Assembly (NCBI GenBank): GCA_008369845.1
Contig: MRSU01006538.1
Coordinates: forward strand, 1-62,837
DNA from: Trichomonas gallinae
Lineage: Eukaryota
Direction of reading: 5' to 3'
Length of the DNA: 62,837 nt
Each line of letters starts with the position of its first letter. Position 1 is the stretch's first letter. The notes beneath the pieces are model-generated. The model saw only the letters and a program-made list of their open reading frames with translations. It was not told where the DNA came from and ran no database searches. Made by a program: the position numbers and the translations under genes. Shown in pieces: positions 20,376-29,279 of this stretch.

Positions 20376-20849
20376 GTTATTAGAATTGTTTTGTTTTATT
20401 TTATATATTAAATTGTTTTAGTTATTATGATATATATTATTTAACCAACTTTCATCACATCAATTGATGCACAGGCAAATAAATATAAGCTTAAAGATAG
20501 TATTACTTTGTAACTGTATTAAAAAGATGACATCATTTTCTATTCTATTATTGTACTTTTTTTTTTTTTTTTTGAGTTTTGGGAGAAATACAATACTCTA
20601 TGAACAGCTCCTATATGTCACATTACTCATCAAACACATTCCTACACATGAAAGCAACTAAGCTATATTCATAAATATTGAAATTACATGTGTATTTTGA
20701 ATATTATGTAAATATTATCAAAATATATGTGTATCTTGATAGCAAGACACAACTATATTTTATACGCAACAACAATTTTGCGTTAATAAATAGAAATATT
20801 TAATTTGTAGAAGAAATAACAGTTTGCTCATTCAATGTGGATGTGTGAA

Positions 20850-22190
20850 TTAGTCGTTGAAATAAGCTTCTTTCAAACTTGTTGCAAGAGACTGGACGAG
20901 CTCATTATCATGATCAAGCATCACAAGAAACTCGTCGTATCCTCCCTCGCTAATGAAGATGTCTCTGGCAGGAAATCCGCCTCCATGAGCGACTTCGTAT
21001 GCAAAGAACTTTTCCAATGTCTCAAGGATTGCAATAATTTGTCCAGGGAGAAGATTTGCATCCAAATAGTTAACCAATGATGCAAACAGGCCATTCTCCA
21101 TGAACCTGACGAGCATCTTAGGGTCATTTTTATTAACAATTGACCTCATGATTGGAACAACAACCAGTTTCGCGCGAGCTGTTCCGTTTTGCATTATATG
21201 CTGCATGTTTTCGTATAAACCTATTTCTCCCAAAACTTCATAAGATCTTGCTCCTCCTTGTACCATGCCCATGCAAGCGCTTAGTGCATTTCTAGAAATC
21301 TCTGGATTGTCGCATAAAATTAAATTTACAATTCGTGGGAAACTAGAATATGTCATATCTCCGCCTCTGGTGTAGTAATACATTAGTGTGTTGAGACTAG
21401 CTGATATTAAACTAGCTGTTTGATTGTTTACTTCGAGTTCCACGAATCTGTTTAAATCTAAATCTAATTCTTCTTCTCTGAAGATTCTATCATACATTGC
21501 TGAGTTTTTCATACATGATCCTACGCATAAAACCATTTTATAACATAGTTCGTCGCAAGATCTAAAAATTAAAGCTGCAAATATGAAAAAATGTCTCATA
21601 TATTCGAAAAATGTTCTTTTTTCAAGCATGGATGGGATGCTATAGTGGTTGAATATAACTGAAATCACATCAAATGATGTATTTAAGAAACCTCTCTTGA
21701 TTTCAAAACTAATTTGTTCATTTAAGAAAATATTCTTAATTATTTGGATATAATTTTTGCATAGAACTGTGCAAGCAATGTATCTCGATAAAACCATTGA
21801 TAGAAGAGCCTTATTTGCGAAAATTGAAATTTGAGAAGGAAATGTACCAATGTGAGCAATAAATATATCTACTGATGGCATTAAGATTTCCAATACAGGC
21901 ATAAATTTCTTGATATTTTTTGCTATAACTTTTAATAATTTATAACCATATTGATTTTCAATTTCTCCAGCTGAACTAATGAGTTGAATGGCTATTTCTA
22001 GTATTTTCATCTGATTTTCATCGTTATTATCGAATTTAAAATTTTTATAATATAAAATTACTCCTTTAAGTCCTGTGGCGATGTAATTCTGTTCCTTCGA
22101 GAGAATTAGCTTAATGGCTTCTTCTGGCGGAATAACAATTTCTTGTTTATTTGTTTCTGGCATTTTTCCCTCATCATGACTTTTCTTCAT
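20850..22190 (-). CDS. Hypothetical ARM-repeat (importin-alpha-like) protein
   Basis: 446 aa helical ORF. GGYDEFLVMLDHDNELVQSLA...AYF mirrors the importin-alpha C-terminal GG.D.IE.LQ.HEN..V...A...YF. Confidence 0.6.
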   Translation of the reverse strand: MKKSHDEGKMPETNKQEIVIPPEEAIKLILSKEQNYIATGLKGVILYYKNFKFDNNDENQMKILEIAIQLISSAGEIENQYGYKLLKVIAKNIKKFMPVLEILMPSVDIFIAHIGTFPSQISIFANKALLSMVLSRYIACTVLCKNYIQIIKNIFLNEQISFEIKRGFLNTSFDVISVIFNHYSIPSMLEKRTFFEYMRHFFIFAALIFRSCDELCYKMVLCVGSCMKNSAMYDRIFREEELDLDLNRFVELEVNNQTASLISASLNTLMYYYTRGGDMTYSSFPRIVNLILCDNPEISRNALSACMGMVQGGARSYEVLGEIGLYENMQHIMQNGTARAKLVVVPIMRSIVNKNDPKMLVRFMENGLFASLVNYLDANLLPGQIIAILETLEKFFAYEVAHGGGFPARDIFISEGGYDEFLVMLDHDNELVQSLATSLKEAYFND

Positions 22191-22203
22191 TCATCTCTGT
22201 CAC

Positions 22204-22291
22204 TTTTATTATATTAGGGGTTGGTAAGGTGTATCCCCCTAAATTTGATTTTATTATATTAGGGGTTGGTAAGGTGTATCCCCCTAAATTT
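22204..22291. repeat. Perfect 43-bp tandem duplication (period 45) in a 111-bp divergent intergenic region
   Basis: ttttattatattaggggttggtaaggtgtatccccctaaattt at 22204-22246 and 22249-22291. Each copy contains a TTAGGGG...CCCCTAA inverted repeat. Confidence 0.95.
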
Positions 22292-22301
22292 TAATTTGGT
22301 T

Positions 22302-22652
22302 ATGGAAAATCGCGTGAATGCTTTTGCACAATATGCCACTATTCAAGAGATTCTTCGCGGTGGATACGGAAGACAGCTAGTGAGAGTACTAGGAACTGTA
22401 GAAAAGGTTGAAATTCAGAATCGAAATGCGATTATCGAAAATGAAAATGCACAAATAGAATGCCAGATCCCAGAAGAGTATCTTGCGGGTATATCATCTG
22501 GTAATCATGTACAAGTTTATGGTGAAGTCATACCCGGAACTCCAAATCATAAAATTCATGCTCATATTGTGAGGCAAATGAATACAATTGATGAAGAGTC
22601 ATATAACTTTGCAGTTAAAGCATTTAAAACGCATGTTTATTCTCCAAACTAA
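22302..22652 (+). CDS. Small OB-fold protein, RPA14/RPA3- or TEN1-like
   Basis: 116 aa from the ATG at 22302. VRVLGTVEK...HVQVYGEV...IHAHIVR...D..SYNFAVK matches the single OB fold plus C-terminal helix of RPA3/TEN1. Confidence 0.6.
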   Translation: MENRVNAFAQYATIQEILRGGYGRQLVRVLGTVEKVEIQNRNAIIENENAQIECQIPEEYLAGISSGNHVQVYGEVIPGTPNHKIHAHIVRQMNTIDEESYNFAVKAFKTHVYSPN

Positions 22653-23091
22653 TAATAACCATGCTAAACAGTTAAATTAGACATTACTAGCTTTCTTAAT
22701 GCAGTACACATTGTTTGTTCTTTATTTTAAAATATAAATTTGCTAGCTTTTGATATTTTATAAAATTGGCTTTACATAACAAACACCTATTACCTGCATT
22801 TTAGCGTTATAATAGAAAATGTTATTACCATTGTTTTATTCCTTATATTGTCAACTTTATAGGCATTTCGACAAAATTTTCGTAGACCGACATATTTCTA
22901 CAGAGTGGAAGGCTGTAAGTCTTTTTGCTATTGTCTTTCGTGCATCGTGTTAATCTCCTCAATATGAGAAATTTAATTATTAATGTTACAATAAAAATTT
23001 AATATATTATGATAATACAAACAAGACATATTATTAATATTTATCAATCTTTCAAATAATTAAATTATTCATTTTTGAATAATGAATAAAA

Positions 23092-24141
23092 TTATGAATT
23101 GTCCCAGTAAATGTTTCCCATAAACTCACGAAAGTTCTTAACTGTAGTATTAAATTGGGTTTCTTGAATAATGTATTTTGAAAATTCAAATTTCTGACCA
23201 ATTTCGGTTTCTTGTGGGCCATCAAAGGCGCATTTTATTATTGATATCTCTGTATTTATTGACTGTATTTCTATTGAGTTTGGTCTTTTGATACAAATAT
23301 TTTTCACAAAAATGCATCTATTATAGGTAGATTTTTGGAGTATATGGAAGCAAGTTACAGCTGATCGTGAAGTGCAATTGTTTGAATCAAAAACACATTG
23401 AACGATTTCACGTGAATTTGGTTGACAAGAAAAATCAAAGAATGCACCACAAACAAGTGCATTATTGCGCATAAAATATACGGATTTAAGACTTCCTCCA
23501 CATCTATCAAGTCTAAGAGCCGCTCCCCAAAGTTCTGCATGATTTTTAGAAAAATTGGTGTTGAATATTGTGAAATTCACAACAGTTTCCAGACCATCAG
23601 CCATAATACCTCCGTAATATTTTGCGTGGTTATTGATAATAACCGAATCAGAAATTTTAATTGATTTTGCATATAAAATGTGCGCAACTCCTCCTATGTT
23701 TGCAGTATTGGCTTCAAAGTTTGAGCGTGATATTATTACGTTCTGCGTTAAATAAATTTGCATTGCTCCGCCTTTCTCGCCAGAACATGCCTGAAACCGA
23801 CATTGATCGATATCTATGTTTAATTTAAAAAATTCTAATGTATTTGTGTACATGTGTAGGTGACGTTTCTCGTTGTTAAACTGACTTGTTATTACGAATT
23901 GCTCATTGGGGTCTTCTGACCCTAGTTTGACTGCAGATGATAGTATATCCTTAAATAAAGATCTGTAGAGTGATGTTTTCGTTTTTAAAGAAGTCGAGTA
24001 AATAATATGTGAAAAATGTCGAACAAAATTCGAATTTTGTATTGAAAAAGAGTGCTCTCCTGTATTCACCGAGTTTGATATAAGAGGTGTCCTCGAAAAA
24101 CAATTCGATGCATATAGAGAAAATAATGTTATATTCTTCAT
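23092..24141 (-). CDS. Polymorphic membrane protein (Pmp)-like right-handed beta-helix protein
   Basis: Repeated FxxN-x-A...GGA(I/M/V) motifs: KGGAMQI, FEANTANIGGVAHI, NNHAKYYGGI, FSKNHAELWGAAL, FMRNNALVCGAF. Confidence 0.7.
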   Translation of the reverse strand: MKNITLFSLYASNCFSRTPLISNSVNTGEHSFSIQNSNFVRHFSHIIYSTSLKTKTSLYRSLFKDILSSAVKLGSEDPNEQFVITSQFNNEKRHLHMYTNTLEFFKLNIDIDQCRFQACSGEKGGAMQIYLTQNVIISRSNFEANTANIGGVAHILYAKSIKISDSVIINNHAKYYGGIMADGLETVVNFTIFNTNFSKNHAELWGAALRLDRCGGSLKSVYFMRNNALVCGAFFDFSCQPNSREIVQCVFDSNNCTSRSAVTCFHILQKSTYNRCIFVKNICIKRPNSIEIQSINTEISIIKCAFDGPQETEIGQKFEFSKYIIQETQFNTTVKNFREFMGNIYWDNS

Positions 24142-24157
24142 TTGACAAAAATTTTAG

Positions 24158-24442
24158 TTTACATGCCAAAAACAGTAATTAATCGACGAAAAACAATTTA
24201 CATGTCAAACAAGAGGAACTAATCAAGTGTGCAAAAATTATGAAAAATTAAATGTGGGCAACATGATACAATGCATATCTCACAATTTTTGATCTTAAAA
24301 CGATGGAGGAATATGATAATATCTACAGCATTTTAATCATGAAAGGTAAAATCCATTTTTTTTTTGTTTTTGCACATCTGATTTGTTTTCCTTTTTTGAC
24401 ATGTAAACTAGATTTTTGTAATTTTTGATTTTGACACGTAAA
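24158..24442. repeat. Imperfect inverted repeat (41-bp core, 34/41 identical, extending to about 80 bp) spanning a divergent intergenic region
   Basis: 24197-24237 matches the reverse complement of 24367-24407. Outer motif copies at 24158-24168 (minus) and 24432-24442 (plus). Confidence 0.8.
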
Positions 24443-24501
24443 TTTTTAAGGTTAATAAATAATGTCACTTTTCGAAATAAATACGTTGAAAAAAACAGTA
24501 G

Positions 24502-25458
24502 ATGGTTAGTGAACACATTCTTCTTGCACTTTTGAAGCCATCAGAACAGCGTACAAACGCAGAAATCGAGCTTATTGCTAACTTTTGCAGACTTTTCACA
24601 GTTTTCAATGATATTCCGGAACATTTGTTTAATGCTTTTTGTAGAATCATCGAAATTGAAGAATACGAAGCAGGAGCAGTAGTTTACAACGAAGGAGATA
24701 TAGGATCAGATTGGTTTATCATCATAGAAGGAACTGTTAGCGTTGTTTCGAATGCAAGTTCAGCGAATCCTGTCAGTGGCGTCATGAAGATTGGTGACCA
24801 GTTCGGAAGAAACGCTCTTGAACAAGATGTCATCAGATCAGAGACAATTACATGTACGAGTCACGTTTATTTATTACATATCAACAGAAGACCTTATCAG
24901 GAAATCACAAATTCTGCTTCATCAGGCTTGGATGGTGAGGGACAGGCATTTGCAAATGAATTTTTGTGCCAATTGAACGCAATTCAAGGAATGAATATCG
25001 CAACATCAATTTGCAGACGTGTTTTCCCATCAAATACAGTTATAATGAAGCAGAATGAAGAAACAGAAGGCATTTTCTATATTCTCAAAGGAACAGCTGC
25101 AGTTGTTCGTGAAGTTGAATTTATTGAAAACAAAGTTCCAGTCACAAGACTTATCGAGATTGATGAGCTTGTTACTGGTGCCATTTTTGGCGTAAGATCG
25201 CTTTGCTTGGGCACTCCTGAAAATGTTTCTGTAATTGCAAAATGCGAACTAACAACATTATTCCTTTCCAGATCAGATTTCTTCAGAAAAGTCGATACAC
25301 AGAAGCAAAAACAAGTTCTTCCAGCCGATTATCCTGATGATGCAACAATTCGTAAATTATTCAGAAAGCAAATGAAATGGGAACAATATAAGAAGAAAGT
25401 TGTTAGGGAAGTTTTAGCGCACAAGAAGGCAAAGAAAGAACTTAGACTGCAATATTAA
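24502..25458 (+). CDS. Cyclic-nucleotide-binding domain protein (two CNBDs)
   Basis: VYNEGDIGSDWFIIIEGTV...GDQFGRNAL...RSETI and IMKQNE...IFYILKG...GAIFG. Basic C-terminal helix. GTCACTTT at 24464. Confidence 0.85.
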   Translation: MVSEHILLALLKPSEQRTNAEIELIANFCRLFTVFNDIPEHLFNAFCRIIEIEEYEAGAVVYNEGDIGSDWFIIIEGTVSVVSNASSANPVSGVMKIGDQFGRNALEQDVIRSETITCTSHVYLLHINRRPYQEITNSASSGLDGEGQAFANEFLCQLNAIQGMNIATSICRRVFPSNTVIMKQNEETEGIFYILKGTAAVVREVEFIENKVPVTRLIEIDELVTGAIFGVRSLCLGTPENVSVIAKCELTTLFLSRSDFFRKVDTQKQKQVLPADYPDDATIRKLFRKQMKWEQYKKKVVREVLAHKKAKKELRLQY

Positions 25459-26183
25459 TTTTTTTATTTAATTGTTTTATTTTATCTAAAGTGTTTATTA
25501 CTGATTTCATAACATTTGATACCAATCATGTCCAAATGCATTTATCAAAGTAGTTGGACATGATACATATTCATAAATTTATTTTGAGAAAATTCAATAT
25601 TATTACAACACAGCATAAGTTCTACAAATCAATTGAGTTATTGATTCTAAAGAATAGTATTTTTTTTTGAGGAAAAAAATGCAATTAATATGAAATAGAG
25701 AGAATTCGCCGTTTTTGGCGATGTGAGACGATTACACTCTCGCATCTAGAATAAAGGTAACAAATTAACAATAATTTATATATATTTACAAGCATTATCA
25801 GCGTTATATGCGTCATGATGTATTTGCAAATTTCGAGCTTAAAAACTTTCGAAATATGATACAACAAAATTGGATTCATCAAGTTTCTTATACAATAAAA
25901 TGTGAAACAATAAATTGTATTATATACTGGGAATAAATAATAAAATTGAAACTCCTGAGAACTCTAGGAAATTGCTTTAAACTTTGCAAGTATTATATAT
26001 ATATGTGTGTGTTAAAAAATGGAATATATCCTATTTAGAAGTAGAAATTGATTTTCAAATTTTGCAGGTATTATATAGATATGCTGAAAATGATATATAT
26101 CGAATTAGAAATCCAGATTTTCATTTTGCAAATCTAGTTTTAATGATAGATAAATAAATAAACACACAAAAAATTAACAAACA

Positions 26184-27560
26184 TTATAATTGATTCCGTA
26201 TTCCGAGAGATGATCTCGATGTTATGACACCAGTAACGGGTCTCTTCTGTATACCTGGTAATAGAGATCTTGGGTCTTCACTCTTCCTTGACATTACACT
26301 TCTTGCTGTTGAATTTCCGTTATTTTCTCCGAAAAGAATCTTAAAAGATGTTGAACCTTTTGGTTTAACTTCTGCGTATGCAGGTGGTGCTGGTGCATTG
26401 AACTTGGCCTCATGCAGTGATATTTCTAGTCTTTGTATGCTATCTGTTGCTTTTTGGTCAACTTTGTTAATGTTGAAATTCATTCTGTCAACTGTTGCTT
26501 CAAATTCATCCTTGTTAATCGTTGTATCTCTTATATTCCTTATGTCTTCTTGCACAACTTTGAGTTCATCCTTGTTAATCGTTTGCAATTGGAACTGAGA
26601 CAGTTGTGCTTTGACTCCTTCAAGTTCTTCGTATTTGACGAAGTTTGCCAATTCATTTTGTTCTTGTTCTCTTTTTCTTTCTAGTTCTTCCAGTGTTGAT
26701 GAGCCCACAGCTTTCTTGAGTATGCATATTTCATCGTAGTAGACTTTGAATATCATCTGTGCAGTTGGAATGACTTGCATCATGTAGTTAAAATAGTCCA
26801 TAAATGTTCTGGCTTTTGTTAGTTTAGGAAGTTTTGGTTTTTGCGAGAATGGTACCTTTTTCACGGATTCATATATTGGGAGCTGTGCTTTAGTCAAATC
26901 AGAGATTCTGTAAAACATTGTTTCAAGTTTGCTTATCCTTGAAACTCCATCATTTAATTTCGCTTCTATATCATCGATGTGAGATGTGATTGGAGTATTA
27001 TGTATTTCGAAATGTTTTTCAAGGCTGACTGCGCATTTTCCTGTATCCGGGAATTTGTCACTAATAAAACCAGAAATAAAATTAAATATTTTGTCAAGCT
27101 TTTTTTCAATGACTTCATTTGCTTCATTGATAAGTGTAACAGAGCGCTTCATTTCAGTGAATTCAAATGTCGGCTTTGTCATTTCAAAAACCTTTTTATC
27201 GATTAATGTATTTTGAGCACGAATTACTTGGTTTATTGATAAAGTAGTATCTTCCATTTGCGATTTTACGTCTTTCTTGCCATTTTCTAGCATTTTCTCG
27301 AAATCTATTTTTGCATTTTCAATTGAATTTGTCATATAATCTTCATATTGTTTGTTTACTTCTTGCAGCTCTTTAACAGACTGTGAAAGCTTTCTAAATT
27401 CCTCGTTTGTCGGTCGATTTTTAAGCTCGTCAGTCAAATATGAAACTCTGTATTTGAGAGAATCGATTTCTTCCTTAAGATGCTTGAAAAGGTCTTGAAT
27501 TAAGTCATCTTGGACGTTGATTGAAAACAAAGAAGTTGTAGGTGATTTTTTTTCCTCCAT
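26184..27560 (-). CDS. Hypothetical coiled-coil protein
   Basis: 458 aa ORF with heptad-rich segments and a basic low-complexity tail; no family recognised. Confidence 0.7.
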   Translation of the reverse strand: MEEKKSPTTSLFSINVQDDLIQDLFKHLKEEIDSLKYRVSYLTDELKNRPTNEEFRKLSQSVKELQEVNKQYEDYMTNSIENAKIDFEKMLENGKKDVKSQMEDTTLSINQVIRAQNTLIDKKVFEMTKPTFEFTEMKRSVTLINEANEVIEKKLDKIFNFISGFISDKFPDTGKCAVSLEKHFEIHNTPITSHIDDIEAKLNDGVSRISKLETMFYRISDLTKAQLPIYESVKKVPFSQKPKLPKLTKARTFMDYFNYMMQVIPTAQMIFKVYYDEICILKKAVGSSTLEELERKREQEQNELANFVKYEELEGVKAQLSQFQLQTINKDELKVVQEDIRNIRDTTINKDEFEATVDRMNFNINKVDQKATDSIQRLEISLHEAKFNAPAPPAYAEVKPKGSTSFKILFGENNGNSTARSVMSRKSEDPRSLLPGIQKRPVTGVITSRSSLGIRNQL

Positions 27561-27594
27561 GAAGATTTTATATACGTTAGTTCAAGAAAATTTT

Positions 27595-27850
27595 TGTCAT
27601 GTAAAAATTAATTTCTATCATGTAAAGAATTTTATTTTGTCAAATAAAATAATATTTTGTCATGTAAAGAAAAATAATTTTTGGTATGTAAACCATAATT
27701 TGCTATGTAAATATATTTATTTTGTCGTGTAAAATTTCAATTTTGTCATAACAACATTTTTGCCACATAAAACTAATTTCTACAATGTAAACAGTCTTTT
27801 GCAATGTAAGCAATTTTTGTCGCGTAAAATATCGTTATTTGCCACGTAAA
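27595..27850 (+). repeat. Phased array of 13 co-oriented 11-bp motifs (consensus about TGYCRYGTAAA), mean period about 20.4 bp
   Basis: Copies start at 27595, 27616, 27638, 27658, 27682, 27701, 27723, 27744, 27761, 27781, 27800, 27818 and 27840. Spacers are AT-rich and unrelated to each other. Confidence 0.85.
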
Positions 27851-27939
27851 TAACCTTATAACCATGATTTCGAATTAATTTGGATTTCATATATATACAC
27901 ATGATTGTCTTTATATATTTCCCCTCTTTTTCATAATTT

Positions 27940-29088
27940 ATGAAAGTCATCAACTCGATATCTCCGGTAAAAGCGTTCAAAGAAATGCTGGTCCTTATCA
28001 GAGGATACAAGCAGTCTGGAAAAACGCAGCTTGTCAAAAGAATGATGGCTCAGCCATTCAAAGTCGAATACGAGCCAACAACAATAACACAAACTCAGCA
28101 AATCTCATGGACATCAAAGAATAAGCAAGTTGAAAAGATTATAATCACTTTGCTCGACGTCGTGAGCCCTAATGCGCTCATTACTTCTACAGCGCAGGGA
28201 AATCCAAATGGAATTATCGTTATGTATGACCCTAGAGACAACAATTCTCTTCAATACGCTATTGATGTTATAGAACAAACACCAAAAAATATTCCGCTTG
28301 CTGTTTTATCGAATTTTCAAGACATAATTCCTACAGATATGCACCCAAAGCTAGCTTATCTTTCTCATAGATTTTATCATATTTCTAGTAGTATGAAAAC
28401 TAATTTAGGATTACTGGAAGTTGCAAAATGGCTCGAATTTCCAAGAGCAAATATGAGAGTTTCGATATATCAACAATTAATAACGCAATCCGATCGAGAA
28501 ATATCTAGGTTAATGGAGCTATTTACTCCTGGCGGTCCTAAGCCAATTTCTACTCATCAAAATTTAGGTGGCGACGATTTGTTTTACGAGCCAGATGCAG
28601 CAGGATTCTGGAGCGATGAAGATGATACACAACAAACTAACGAAAGAAGGAGAAAGAAACATCACAAAAGACAAGAAAAAACTGAAAATAGAGGAAATCC
28701 TGCTGTTCTCAAGAAAAAGAGGCCTTCTCTGGACTTTATTCCTCCAAAGCAAAGCCAAGCTGAAGCAGAGACGTTCGATGACGACGATGAGCTTATGAAT
28801 GGAATCGTTGAAGCTGCACAAGCAGCTAAAGCTGTTATTGGCAAAGACCAAATCGATTTCGATGACAGTGGCAATGAAATTGTGCCAGCTCCAGTACAAC
28901 AGAAGCGACCTGTTGCTCGCAGACACCATAGAAAGGGACAAAGCAAAAGGTCAAAGACACAGCAACAACAATCATCAATTGTGCAAAATACACAATACCA
29001 ACAACCAGTCATTCCGACAATCGTTCCTCAGCCTGCTCCACCACAACCATCAATGCCTGCATCTTCATCTGGCTATGACACGCTATAA
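27940..29088 (+). CDS. RABL6 (RBEL1/PARF)-like atypical Rab GTPase with a low-complexity C-terminus
   Basis: LIRGYKQSGKT...PFKVEYEPT...ISW...LDVV...IPLAVLSNFQD...SSMKTNLGL..W.EFP parallels RABL6 IRGDRNTGKT...YIPT..I.W...DVV...VLGNYRD...SSMKNSFGL. The start could be 27985. Confidence 0.7.
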   Translation: MKVINSISPVKAFKEMLVLIRGYKQSGKTQLVKRMMAQPFKVEYEPTTITQTQQISWTSKNKQVEKIIITLLDVVSPNALITSTAQGNPNGIIVMYDPRDNNSLQYAIDVIEQTPKNIPLAVLSNFQDIIPTDMHPKLAYLSHRFYHISSSMKTNLGLLEVAKWLEFPRANMRVSIYQQLITQSDREISRLMELFTPGGPKPISTHQNLGGDDLFYEPDAAGFWSDEDDTQQTNERRRKKHHKRQEKTENRGNPAVLKKKRPSLDFIPPKQSQAEAETFDDDDELMNGIVEAAQAAKAVIGKDQIDFDDSGNEIVPAPVQQKRPVARRHHRKGQSKRSKTQQQQSSIVQNTQYQQPVIPTIVPQPAPPQPSMPASSSGYDTL

Positions 29089-29279
29089 TTCTTTTCAGAA
29101 TTATTCAAGAAATTTACCAATTTATCATAGATTTGTTTTGTATAGATATATAAATAAATTTTCTAAGCTATCAAAATATACTAGTGCCTTTTTACCATAT
29201 AATCACAATAATTACTAAAATTGATTTTTCAAACATATAAACTCTATTTTACAAAAATATAAAAAATATCTAATAAAAA

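Noticed and set aside
22214..22287. Interstitial telomere or G-quadruplex
   Set aside because: Only isolated TTAGGGG words, with no tandem telomeric array and too few closely spaced G3+ runs on one strand.
27595..27850. CRISPR-like reading of the repeat-spacer arrays
   Set aside because: Repeats are only 11 bp and degenerate, spacers are about 9 bp, there are no cas genes, and the context is eukaryotic.
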